Translations under genes and position numbers: made by a program
Shown here: in pieces, positions 19,391-28,991 of the stretch
Numbering within the stretch: the first letter of the stretch is position 1
Layout: each line of letters opens with the position of its first letter
The notes under the pieces: generated by a model
The model's database searches: none
What the model was told of the DNA's origin: nothing
What the model saw: only the letters and a program-made list of their open reading frames with translations
DNA from: an uncultured Gammaproteobacteria bacterium
Lineage (GTDB): Bacteria; Patescibacteriota; Patescibacteriia; UBA1558; S5-K13
DNA: 64,000 bases
Assembly: GCA_964640635.1 (NCBI GenBank)
Contig: CAZXFD010000003.1
Location: forward strand, 1,149-65,148
Reading direction: 5' to 3'

Positions 19391-20596
19391 TTATATATTC
19401 ATCTTTGCCTCAATTCTCTTTAGCGCTGAGACAAATGCTGCCATTCTAAAATCAACATCTTTTGCATTTGCAATATCATAAATTTCATCAAAGGACTTGT
19501 ACATTATTTCTTTTAATTTTGTATTTACCTCTTCCAAGCTCCAAATCTCATCTTTTATATTCTGAAGCCATTCAAAGTAAGACACGGTTACGCCACCCGC
19601 ATTTGTAAGAACGTCTGGAAGAACCAATATTTCCTTTGATTTTAAAATTAAATCTGCTTCTGGTGTCACTGGACCATTTGCAAGTTCAAAAACAATTTTT
19701 GCTTTAATATTATCTGCATTGTTATCAGCCACCTGATTTTCTAGTGCACAAAGAGCTAGCACATCACAATCAAGTTCTAATAATTCTTGATTTGTAATTG
19801 TCCTAGTATTTTCAAAGTTTATTACACTGCCTGTATTTTCTTTAAATTTCAAAACCTCGTCAATATTAAGTCCATTATCACTCACTATTGCACCTTTTGA
19901 ATCAGATACTGCTATTATTGAATACCCCGCATCAAACAATATTTTTGCAAAGACCGCACCCGCGTTTCCAAATCCTTGAATTACAATTTTTGAATCTTTT
20001 GAAAGACTCAATTTTTCTATTGCTTTTTCAAACACATAAAAAGCACCTAGGGCTGTTGCTTTGTCTCGGCCCAATGATCCACCATTTTCTATTGGCTTAC
20101 CCGTAAAAGCAGCCTTGTCTCCAATTTCATCAGCCATTATTGCCATAATACGTGGCGTTGTATAAACATCTGGAGCTGGCACATCAATATCTCTTCCTAT
20201 TATACCCTTTAATTTTTTGACGTATCCACGAGATAATTTTTCAATCTCGGGCTCTGATAAAACTTTTGGATCTACTGTGACTCCACCTTTTCCACCACCA
20301 AGTGGAATTCCTACAACAGAGCACTTTATAGTCATCCAAAACGAAAGAGCCTTTACCTCATCTAAGTCAGTATCACTATGAAATCTTATTCCACCTTTAT
20401 ATGGCCCCATTGTATTGTCATATTGTACGCGGTAACCAGTAAAAACTTTCAGCTCTCCACTATCCATTCTTATCGGAATTGAAACTTGCACAAATCTGTC
20501 AGGACTTTGAAGTTTTAGTAGTACATCTTTGTTTAATTCTGCAATTTCACTTGCTTTTCTAAGCTGTTCCATTGCATTTTGATAAGCAGTTTGCAT
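19391..20596 (-). CDS. gdhA: Glu/Leu/Phe/Val-family glutamate dehydrogenase
   Basis: KGGIRFH and GGGKGG motifs plus a C-terminal Rossmann domain. Confidence 0.9.
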   Translation of the reverse strand: MQTAYQNAMEQLRKASEIAELNKDVLLKLQSPDRFVQVSIPIRMDSGELKVFTGYRVQYDNTMGPYKGGIRFHSDTDLDEVKALSFWMTIKCSVVGIPLGGGKGGVTVDPKVLSEPEIEKLSRGYVKKLKGIIGRDIDVPAPDVYTTPRIMAIMADEIGDKAAFTGKPIENGGSLGRDKATALGAFYVFEKAIEKLSLSKDSKIVIQGFGNAGAVFAKILFDAGYSIIAVSDSKGAIVSDNGLNIDEVLKFKENTGSVINFENTRTITNQELLELDCDVLALCALENQVADNNADNIKAKIVFELANGPVTPEADLILKSKEILVLPDVLTNAGGVTVSYFEWLQNIKDEIWSLEEVNTKLKEIMYKSFDEIYDIANAKDVDFRMAAFVSALKRIEAKMNI

Positions 20597-20642
20597 AATA
20601 TTAGGGTTTAAAATTTAATGATCTTAAAAATACTCTATTCTA

Positions 20643-20960
20643 CTATTTAGTAAACTCATCAATTTTATTTTTCAAAACATCTTTTGCGATAAGTCCCATA
20701 AGAGTATCCTTAGGCTCTCCATTTTCAAAAAATATCATTGTAGGAATACTCATAATATCAAATTTTCTTGCTGTCTCTGGAGACTCATCTACATCTAACT
20801 TTACAATCTTGATTTTGTCTTTATATTCTTCGCTTAATTCATCCATAATTGGGGCTAACATTTTACATGGTCCACACCACACAGCAAAAAAATCTACAAG
20901 TACATACTTGTTGTTTTTTAATGTTTCATCAAAATTTGTGTCTTTTAATATTTCTGTCAT
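20643..20960 (-). CDS. trxA: thioredoxin
   Basis: WCGPCK active site; 105 aa. Confidence 0.9.
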   Translation of the reverse strand: MTEILKDTNFDETLKNNKYVLVDFFAVWCGPCKMLAPIMDELSEEYKDKIKIVKLDVDESPETARKFDIMSIPTMIFFENGEPKDTLMGLIAKDVLKNKIDEFTK

Positions 20961-21067
20961 AGTTTTAGTTTGTTAGCCACGTAGTAACATAGCTAAGATT
21001 AATTATTATTTATTTATATATTATTTGAATTGCGCAACTACGAAGCTAAGTAACTAAGTAGCTGGCT

Positions 21068-21313
21068 TTATAATTCAAACTTATCTTCTTTCTCGGCTGG
21101 AAAATAAAATTGTGCTTTTGCATTTGTAAGGGCCTTTTCAATTGAAAAAAATATTTTATCAATTTGTTCCCTATTGTATGAATAAGCACTCCTATTTGCA
21201 CAGTTTGAAAGAGTCTTTATCTTTTTAAGTATCTCATTTGTACGACAAGTTGCAAGACATTTAAACTTATCTTCTCTTGTTTTACAAGTTGAAACACACC
21301 TTTTTTCATTCAT
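21068..21313 (-). CDS. hypothetical small protein with twin CX3C motifs
   Basis: CVSTC and CLATC motifs; 81 aa. Confidence 0.4.
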   Translation of the reverse strand: MNEKRCVSTCKTREDKFKCLATCRTNEILKKIKTLSNCANRSAYSYNREQIDKIFFSIEKALTNAKAQFYFPAEKEDKFEL

Positions 21314-21551
21314 ATGGTTAATTTATATAAATATGATTCTATATATATAAATATAGCGCACATTTATATATATGTCAACATAAAATAGTAAATCCTACAA
21401 ATAGTTGCATTGACATTATATTAATAATATGAGATGGGTTCTTTTTTTTATAAAAATTCAAAAAATACTGCCAAACTCAATAAAAAACAGGTCGAATGAC
21501 CTATTGACAAAACCCATTATATTATGTAATATTATATGTTAATATAAAACT

Positions 21552-23561
21552 ATGAAAATTATAAAATACAGGTCAAAAAATGCAAAAATTTATTTTTTAA
21601 AATACCAAATATTTGGTATGTTTTTGTTATTTTTTTTAATAAATCCATATAATAACATCTGTAGTGCGCAAACAGACACCCCCCTTATTGCAAACTACTT
21701 CTTAAAATGGTCTATTTCGGATATTGAGGCGATAGAACTTTCAAAGTGGGACCTTTTAATATTAGACATGGAAAATCAAATTAATAATCCTGAAAAAATA
21801 AAAAAGATTCGCGAACTCAATCCTGATATAAAAATTCTTGCCTATATAACAATTCAAGAAATAAGAAATTCTTGTGATAGTAATAATATAAAGTTAAGAT
21901 GCGAATTATTGTCAAAAATTAATGATTCAAATTATCTAAAAGACACCAATGGAAATAAGCTGAGCTTTTGGTTAAATTCAAATCTTTTAAATGTTTCTGG
22001 AATTTGGAATGAAATTTTACCAAACTTTGTAAAAGACAAAATATATTCATCGGGATTGTGGGATGGAATTTTTTATGACAACTCTTGGGGAAATATTTCA
22101 TGGTTTAATAATGGAAATATAGATATTGATAATGATTATGATCTAGATGATAAAACATTTATTGATTCCCTATGGAAATCTGGGATACTAAAAGCAATCT
22201 CACAAACAAGAATACTAACAAATAATAATTTTATAATAATAGGAAATTCTATTGAAGATACTGATATATTATCACATACAAATGGAACTATGATAGAAAA
22301 TTTTTCTACTAAATCATGGAAGAACATAATGCCTCTTTATCTTCAAAATACTTCATTTACTCCAAATATTTCAATTATAAACTCAAATACTGCAAATACT
22401 GGAAATCAAAATGATTATAAAAAAATGCGTTATGGACTTACAAATACCCTACTTGGAAATGGATACTTTGCATTTGATTATGGAGATCTAGATCATGCAC
22501 AATTATATTGGTATGATGAATACGATACTAAAATTGGAAAATCAATCTCTGATCCAATTAATATAAAAACAAATACATCGACAATAGATTTGGGATTATG
22601 GAGAAGGGATTTTGAAAATGCAACATCTTTTGTAAACTCATCAAGAGAAAATCAAGTCTATGTTTTTGAAAATGAGGTTTTTGAAAAAATCAAAGGAACA
22701 CAAGATACCAAAACCAATGACGGAACAAAAGTAAACTACTTGAACCTTGCGCCAAGCGAGGGCATTATCCTTCTCAAAACAAATCAAGAGATACAAAACT
22801 CTGTATTTAATAATGGGGATTTTTATCGAGTGTTTGACCATAAAGGACTCCAAACTAGAAATGGTTTCTTTGCTCTAAAAAATAATTTCATGCTAAATAC
22901 AAAAATTCTTGTAAATGATATTAATAATGACGAAAAAATTGAAACAATAAGCTCTGAGGGGACGAGTATAAACATATACAACAAATACAAAGAAAAACTT
23001 AGCTCTTTTTATCCTTACGATAAAAATTTCAGAGGCGGAATAAATTTTGTTGTATATGATATAAACAATGACGGTAAAAATGAAATAATTACAGGCGCTA
23101 ACTCTGGAGGATCTCATGTAAGAATATTTGATGCTAATGGCAAATTAATAAATCAATTTTTTGCACATGACAAAAATACAAGATATGGAGTAAAAGTAGC
23201 AGTATCTGATATAAACAACGACGGAAATATTGAAATAATTACTTCTTTTGGAAAAGGTCTAGAACCAATTCTAAAAATATTTGATATTAAAGGAAACCTA
23301 TTAAATAGTTTCCTTGCTTATGATAAAAACTTTAGAGGTGGGGTAAATATAAACACATCTGACGTAAACAACGATGGAAGCGGTGAAATAATTGCAGCTC
23401 CCGCTTCAAATGGTGGTAGTCATATAAAAATATTTACTGTAAATGGAAAATTACTAAGTCAATTTTTTGCTTATGAAAAAAGTTTTAGGGGTGGATTCAA
23501 TATTTCTATAAATAACGCGAATATAAATCAAAAAGAAATTCTAATATCTGCAAACAAATAA
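21552..23561 (+). CDS. secreted protein: N-terminal TIM-barrel glycoside-hydrolase-like domain fused to C-terminal FG-GAP/VCBS-like repeats
   Basis: N-terminal signal peptide. Five or more repeats of DINNDG.NEIIT....GGSHV.IFD.NGKL.. fit the FG-GAP pattern. The hydrolase assignment is by fold resemblance only. Confidence 0.5.
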   Translation: MKIIKYRSKNAKIYFLKYQIFGMFLLFFLINPYNNICSAQTDTPLIANYFLKWSISDIEAIELSKWDLLILDMENQINNPEKIKKIRELNPDIKILAYITIQEIRNSCDSNNIKLRCELLSKINDSNYLKDTNGNKLSFWLNSNLLNVSGIWNEILPNFVKDKIYSSGLWDGIFYDNSWGNISWFNNGNIDIDNDYDLDDKTFIDSLWKSGILKAISQTRILTNNNFIIIGNSIEDTDILSHTNGTMIENFSTKSWKNIMPLYLQNTSFTPNISIINSNTANTGNQNDYKKMRYGLTNTLLGNGYFAFDYGDLDHAQLYWYDEYDTKIGKSISDPINIKTNTSTIDLGLWRRDFENATSFVNSSRENQVYVFENEVFEKIKGTQDTKTNDGTKVNYLNLAPSEGIILLKTNQEIQNSVFNNGDFYRVFDHKGLQTRNGFFALKNNFMLNTKILVNDINNDEKIETISSEGTSINIYNKYKEKLSSFYPYDKNFRGGINFVVYDINNDGKNEIITGANSGGSHVRIFDANGKLINQFFAHDKNTRYGVKVAVSDINNDGNIEIITSFGKGLEPILKIFDIKGNLLNSFLAYDKNFRGGVNINTSDVNNDGSGEIIAAPASNGGSHIKIFTVNGKLLSQFFAYEKSFRGGFNISINNANINQKEILISANK

Positions 23562-23600
23562 AGCATTTTAATTTTTATAAGTATTATCTATAATAAAGGT

Positions 23601-24317
23601 ATGGCAAATATATTTACAAAACAATTCAAAGTGCTTGGAAGATCCAAAAAAGTGAGAATAATTACTGATTCATTATTTTTAATTATACTTACTATTGCTT
23701 TGTTTTTTTATTCTTACAATTACATCAAAAAGCTAAATATAAAACCCATTATTCTAAATACAATTTCAACAATACAAAATAAAGAAACAACTCCAGAATT
23801 AAAACCTAGACAAGAAAAAATTTGTATCGTCCCCGACATAAAAACATCTGCTCTTTATTATAATAGTTTTGGCGATCAAATTGGTATTGGTCCAAATCCA
23901 CCAATCATTGAAATTCCTACAAATTATTGGGTATTTTTAAAAATCACCAATAAAGAAAATATTCAAGAAAATATAAAAATAGAAACTGGATTACCATACA
24001 ATGTCTCATTTACTGGAAGAAAAGGCACAACCCTTGGTAATTTATATTTTCTTACAACAAACAAAACAGTTGTTTGGGAAATAAAGACACTAAGCAAAAA
24101 TGAAACTCAAGAAGCAAAGTTTGAAATATCCCTTACTCCTATTATAAATAACTTTGGAAAAATACTTTTACTAACTCAAAACACCAACCTTTTATCATTT
24201 GATACATATTGTGAGAAAACAGTATCTAGCACAATAGAAAACCTTGATACAGGCCTCAAATATGATCAAATTGGAAAAAATCCTGGAAAAGTGACTAGCC
24301 TTGATAATGATCTATAA
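23601..24317 (+). CDS. hypothetical membrane-anchored protein (238 aa)
   Basis: N-terminal TM helix; no recognisable domain. Confidence 0.45.
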   Translation: MANIFTKQFKVLGRSKKVRIITDSLFLIILTIALFFYSYNYIKKLNIKPIILNTISTIQNKETTPELKPRQEKICIVPDIKTSALYYNSFGDQIGIGPNPPIIEIPTNYWVFLKITNKENIQENIKIETGLPYNVSFTGRKGTTLGNLYFLTTNKTVVWEIKTLSKNETQEAKFEISLTPIINNFGKILLLTQNTNLLSFDTYCEKTVSSTIENLDTGLKYDQIGKNPGKVTSLDNDL

Positions 24318-24356
24318 AATGATATAATATAAAAAATTAGTTCTTAGGAGGAACAA

Positions 24357-24572
24357 ATGAACGAACAAAATCAACCCAAACTAGATCAACGTGGTTGCAA
24401 GGTATTGTACAAGGAAAAAGAGTACCTTGTTGATATGAGTCTCGAAAAATTCAAAAAACTACAAGAAGAACATCCCAACATTGATATTAGACTGTTCTGG
24501 AAAGAACCCTTCTACGATGAAAATTCCATCGGACCAGTTACAGTATCCGAACTAACCCTTCCAGTGGAATAA
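24357..24572 (+). CDS. hypothetical small protein (71 aa)
   Basis: Canonical SD AGGAGG 8 nt upstream of the ATG. Confidence 0.5.
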   Translation: MNEQNQPKLDQRGCKVLYKEKEYLVDMSLEKFKKLQEEHPNIDIRLFWKEPFYDENSIGPVTVSELTLPVE

Positions 24573-24585
24573 TTCATTACAAATC

Positions 24586-24620
24586 AAAAATCCCTCTGTC
24601 AAATGACTTTGGGATTTTTT
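24586..24620. terminator. bidirectional terminator between converging genes
   Basis: aaatccc..gggattt hairpin with A5 before and T7 after; the loop contains TGTCAAATGACTT. Confidence 0.65.
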
Positions 24621-24670
24621 TATTCTCTGCCCGGGGTTAAAACATTAACCCCGAATAGGTGTAAATACAT

Positions 24671-26728
24671 CTAATAATTTATCTTTGGTAAGTATTCTCT
24701 CTCAGTTGCCTCATCTTCTTCAATTTGATAAGAAATATTGTCTTCTTTAGAGGAAGAAAAAAATCCCATACTTCTTGCTAAATAATTTGCCTCTATAAGA
24801 TTCTGATCTACTCCTGAAATAAACTCTGAAACTTCTGTATCCTTGAATCCATCATATTTGAAAATAGACAGTGGGTAAGTAAGGATAAGGTGTTTTTTTG
24901 CACGAGTTATTGCTACATAAAAAAGTCGCCTTTCTTCTTCAACTGCTTCTACCGTTGTAGCAAATATATGAGGAAAAGCGTCGCTTACAAGATTCATTAC
25001 AAAAACAGTGCTCCACTCGAGTCCTTTTGCCTGATGCACAGTACTAAGCACAAGACAATTACCACGACTTTCTTTACTACTTTTCAAAGTAAAGCTTTCT
25101 TGCAAACTTATCTCCGACAAAAACTCTTCTAAACTTGTATAATTATTTGAAAATAATGCTAATTGATCTAAATCTTCTTGACGTTGTTTGTAATCAGGAT
25201 ACTCTGATATAAGATAAGTAGAATAATCATCTATTAAAACATTTATCATTTTCATAAGCCCGTCGCTCTCTGATTTGTGTATTGCTTTTATTGCTCTTAA
25301 AAATGCTTCCCAAGATTTTTTTGGCCTCTCTCCAAGATTAATCTGAAGATCAAATAGTTCTTCTAATTTTTCTACACCCTTTAACTCTTTATAAATTTTA
25401 CCTATTGTAGAGGCCCCTATGCCATCATACATTTCAAGCACCCTATGAAGTGATACTTCATCTTTATGATTTTTGTAAATTCTTAAAAATGCAACAACAT
25501 CTTTGATATGAGCGCGCTCAAAAAATTTAAGCCCCCCTCGCATTTCATAAACAATTCCTCTTGCATTTAATTCCATTTCAAGTTGTTGACAGTGGTTTGC
25601 GGCACGAAACAAAACGGCTATATCACTAGACTTGGCACCATCATAAATACATTTTTCAATTCTATCTACAATATATCTTGCCTCATCTCTATTACTACGA
25701 AGCGCAACAAGCTCTGGCTTTGCACTAGCACTAAGAATAGATTTCAAATTTTTTGTAAATTGATTTGTATTTTCTGAAATCACTTTATTTGCCAAACCCA
25801 CTATCTGAGGAGTTGATCTATAGTTTGTCTCTAATTTATGAACACTACAATTTTTGAATGTCTTTGGAAAATCCAAAATATTATTTATATCCGCTCCACG
25901 AAAAGAATAAATACTCTGCGCATCATCTCCAACTGCAATAATATTTTGATGGCTATGTGATATATTGTAGACAATTTCAGCTTGAATAGAGTTTGTGTCC
26001 TGATACTCATCAACTAAAACATATTCCCATTTTTTTCCTAACACACCTCCAATCTCATCATGAATAGTAAGATTCTTTAGATAATATAATAAATCATCAA
26101 AGTCCAACAACTTTGTTTCCTTTTTTCTATTTTTATACTCCTTAAAAATATTTATAAAATCGTTTTCAAAATCCTTCCACTCTGGAAATTTTATCTCTAG
26201 CGATTTAGAAATAGCAAAGGAAGAATTTAGTGAAAAACTAATAACCTCTTTTATAAACGATGGTGATGGTTTTCTTTTTTCATGTAAATTTTGAAAATAC
26301 TCTTTTGAAATATTTTTTATAATACTTTTTGCATCTGATTCATCAAGTATTACAAAATCTTTTGGGATATCAATACTGCTTCCATAAATTCGCAATAATC
26401 TGTGAGCAATAGAGTGAAATGTCCCACCCCAAATACCCAAATTTTTATCAATCTCCAAAATGTTTTTAACCCTCTCCATCATTTCATTTGCAGCCTTGTT
26501 GGTAAAAGTGAGGAGCAAAATCTTACTAGGATCTACTCCAGCTTTAATAAGCCAAGCAACACGGTATACAAGAGTCCTTGTCTTTCCACTACCTGCTCCA
26601 GCGAGCACTAAATGAGGTCCATTCCCAGTGGAAACAACACTATACTGCTCTTCATTTAATTCTTTTTGAAAATCAATTTGTTTCATAATCGTATGGGAAT
26701 TATATATGAAAAAAACAATAAAAACCAT
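24671..26728 (-). CDS. UvrD/PcrA/Rep-family ATP-dependent DNA helicase
   Basis: Walker A AGAGSGKTRTL and the full SF1 helicase motif set. The true start is probably the internal Met (MKQIDF...) at 26686 rather than 26728. Confidence 0.9.
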   Translation of the reverse strand: MVFIVFFIYNSHTIMKQIDFQKELNEEQYSVVSTGNGPHLVLAGAGSGKTRTLVYRVAWLIKAGVDPSKILLLTFTNKAANEMMERVKNILEIDKNLGIWGGTFHSIAHRLLRIYGSSIDIPKDFVILDESDAKSIIKNISKEYFQNLHEKRKPSPSFIKEVISFSLNSSFAISKSLEIKFPEWKDFENDFINIFKEYKNRKKETKLLDFDDLLYYLKNLTIHDEIGGVLGKKWEYVLVDEYQDTNSIQAEIVYNISHSHQNIIAVGDDAQSIYSFRGADINNILDFPKTFKNCSVHKLETNYRSTPQIVGLANKVISENTNQFTKNLKSILSASAKPELVALRSNRDEARYIVDRIEKCIYDGAKSSDIAVLFRAANHCQQLEMELNARGIVYEMRGGLKFFERAHIKDVVAFLRIYKNHKDEVSLHRVLEMYDGIGASTIGKIYKELKGVEKLEELFDLQINLGERPKKSWEAFLRAIKAIHKSESDGLMKMINVLIDDYSTYLISEYPDYKQRQEDLDQLALFSNNYTSLEEFLSEISLQESFTLKSSKESRGNCLVLSTVHQAKGLEWSTVFVMNLVSDAFPHIFATTVEAVEEERRLFYVAITRAKKHLILTYPLSIFKYDGFKDTEVSEFISGVDQNLIEANYLARSMGFFSSSKEDNISYQIEEDEATEREYLPKINY

Positions 26729-26744
26729 CCCTCAAAATATAATC

Positions 26745-26774
26745 TTGACAAAATAACGATACTTATAATATAAT
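26745..26774 (+). promoter_or_regulatory. sigma70-type promoter (TTGACA-18-TATAAT) driving the downstream non-coding locus
   Basis: TTGACA at 26745-26750 and TATAAT at 26769-26774. Confidence 0.6.
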
Positions 26775-26780
26775 TGCCAT

Positions 26781-27272
26781 ATGCATAATCTATAACAGGG
26801 AGGAAACATGATGCTATTACGTATTCTTCCTGGTACAAGTCCTGACATGTGTGTGTCGATAAAGTCGCTCCCTGTGTCAACTGTACCAATTCGACCTACA
26901 TTGCCTCATCCTGCCAAAATAGACACTCTGAGGTAGGGTAGTGAGGCGCCAAGAACTCTGATGAGTGTCTAGAGATATCCTCTAAGGATATAGCCACCTT
27001 CTATCTTAACGAGCTTTTCTAAGCTCACAAGAATATTCAGAGCATTCTGAATGAACCCGTTAAAAGGAGAAAGGAAATGAAATTCATTTACTTGCTCAAC
27101 GAGGTTACTTTTAGCTAAAAGCCGCAAAACTTGGCAGTAGCAGATCCAATCCATTAACCTCGTTGCCATAGTCTGATGCAAGTCGGTAGCATCAGATTGA
27201 CATTTCGCCGACTGGTCGTTATAAATCCTTTTATACAATAGTGCAGGCATCTGAATCAGATGCCTGTTTTTT
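26781..27272 (+). ncRNA. candidate large structured non-coding RNA (about 480 nt), class unresolved
   Basis: No credible ORF in a stretch of about 45% GC against about 28% background. It is bracketed by its own promoter and a rho-independent terminator (27244-27272). Multiple internal helices are visible, e.g. caacgaggtt/aacctcgttg and tctgatgc..gcatcagat. It contains a 13-aa mini-ORF with a strong SD. Confidence 0.45.
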
Positions 27273-27330
27273 AAAATCTATGATTTTTGTATCAAATCAA
27301 CTATACTATTAAATAGAGAAAATATATAAT

Positions 27331-28935
27331 ATGATAAAAAATTTAAACTACAAAAAAATAATCACCTACGCCTTTTGGCTAGTTTTTTATATTTTAATAT
27401 TCTTGATTCTGCTAAAAAATTCTTTTTCATATCTTGATCCTGATTTGGGATGGCATCTAAAAGTAGGAGAAGAAATACTTCAAAGCAATCATATCCCAGA
27501 ATTGCAAAAATACATGTGGACGCTTGAAGGTCAAAATTGGGTTGATCATGAGTGGCTACTAAATCTTATAACATATTCTATATTCCAAAATTTTGGATAT
27601 ATTGCCCTTAGTATATTTTTTGCACTTATCCCGCTCTTAGGGTTTATTTTATTAAACATACACTTCAAAAAAAAATATATCCAAAGCTCTCTCTCGGGTA
27701 TTTTTATAGCGATCATACAAATATTTGGATTATTTGTTTGCCTTCCTCATTTTGGAATTAGAATGCAAGAGATTACTTTTTTATTTCTTATAATACTTTT
27801 CATAATTATAGACAGCCTTGAAATAAAACAAAAAATATCTACATCAATACTTACAATACTATTATTTTTTCTTTGGGCATGTCTTCATGCCGGATTTCTT
27901 ATAGGACTTTTTGTTTTATTTTTTAAACTAGCCATAGATATATTTATATTTCTAATCAATATAAAAAATACAGACTCAAATATAAAAATTCTGGAAGCAA
28001 AGAAAATAAAATTCCTAAGCGCAACAGCAATACTTTCATTTCTTATAACACTCCTTACTCCATACGGACTCAATTTATATAAATTCCTCTATGACTACAA
28101 AAATTCTTTTTATAAATCTCATATTCAAGAATGGCTATCTCCTCTTGCATTTATTCCTTTGCAATACACAAAGTTATTTTATATAGCACTCACAATAGTC
28201 GCCATAATTTTCATATTTATATTTGAAAAAATATCCCTCAAACAAAAACATGTCAAAAACATCTACTACTGGCAGATACTTATAAGTATGATATTTATAT
28301 ATCTTGGGCTCAGTTCTCTCAGGCATGCACCACTTTTATTTATAGCCTCTTTTTTCTTTATAACAATATTTAGTTATGATTTATTTAAGGGCTATAATAA
28401 ATATTTAAAAAAAGAATTTTTAGAAATATTATTTATTATCACAATGATAATATGCTCTATGTCCATAATTTTGACGATAAAAACTACAAAAAATCCTTTT
28501 ACTGAAAATTATTGCAATAAATATCCGTGTGAATTTTCAAATTTTTTAGATACCAATCCAGAATACAAAAATTATAAGCTATTCAATTCATATACCTGGG
28601 GTGGATATTTTATATATAGGCATCCTGATATGAAACTTTTTATAGACGGCCGCTTACCTCAATACAAATTCAAAGATAAAACTATTCTAGAGGAATACTA
28701 TAGCTTTTTTGATAAAAATAATGCTTATAACAAACTATCTGAATATCAAATCAACATGGTAGTTTTCAATAAAAAAACAGATACTAAACTAGACTGGTTT
28801 GAAAAAAATATACTAAAAATTGATGAAGTAAAACTAAATAACAAAGAAAACGTTGTTATAGATTATATAAAAAGCTCTAGTGAGTGGACAATGCTCTATG
28901 AAGATTCAAATACATTTGCATACATAAAAAAATAA
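27331..28935 (+). CDS. polytopic membrane protein with C-terminal soluble domain (possible GT-C-like glycosyltransferase)
   Basis: About 11 TM helices followed by an approximately 150-aa hydrophilic domain; a conserved acidic first loop (LDPDLGWHLKVGEE). Function uncertain. Confidence 0.4.
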   Translation: MIKNLNYKKIITYAFWLVFYILIFLILLKNSFSYLDPDLGWHLKVGEEILQSNHIPELQKYMWTLEGQNWVDHEWLLNLITYSIFQNFGYIALSIFFALIPLLGFILLNIHFKKKYIQSSLSGIFIAIIQIFGLFVCLPHFGIRMQEITFLFLIILFIIIDSLEIKQKISTSILTILLFFLWACLHAGFLIGLFVLFFKLAIDIFIFLINIKNTDSNIKILEAKKIKFLSATAILSFLITLLTPYGLNLYKFLYDYKNSFYKSHIQEWLSPLAFIPLQYTKLFYIALTIVAIIFIFIFEKISLKQKHVKNIYYWQILISMIFIYLGLSSLRHAPLLFIASFFFITIFSYDLFKGYNKYLKKEFLEILFIITMIICSMSIILTIKTTKNPFTENYCNKYPCEFSNFLDTNPEYKNYKLFNSYTWGGYFIYRHPDMKLFIDGRLPQYKFKDKTILEEYYSFFDKNNAYNKLSEYQINMVVFNKKTDTKLDWFEKNILKIDEVKLNNKENVVIDYIKSSSEWTMLYEDSNTFAYIKK

Positions 28936-28991
28936 TCTAAAAATACATACAAAAAAACCGAGTGTAGATTCCGACACTCGGTTTATATTAT

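Noticed and set aside
26955-26965. CUGAUGAG (hammerhead ribozyme core-like) in the 26.8-kb RNA candidate
   Set aside because: No downstream GAAA / stem III / cleavage-site arrangement could be drawn; an isolated 8-mer is expected by chance.
26969-27250. 93-aa minus-strand ORF inside the GC-rich non-coding locus
   Set aside because: Low-complexity, non-protein-like sequence; it lies antisense to a region with promoter/terminator signals and extensive helices, and the ORF length is explained by elevated GC.
26781-27272. Firm assignment of the 480-nt locus as RNase P RNA or tmRNA
   Set aside because: Partial motif resemblances only. I could not draw the P4 pairing required for RNase P, nor the 5' GGGG...UUCGACGGG end, T-arm/CCA 3' end or ALAA-type tag required for tmRNA; it is left unclassified.
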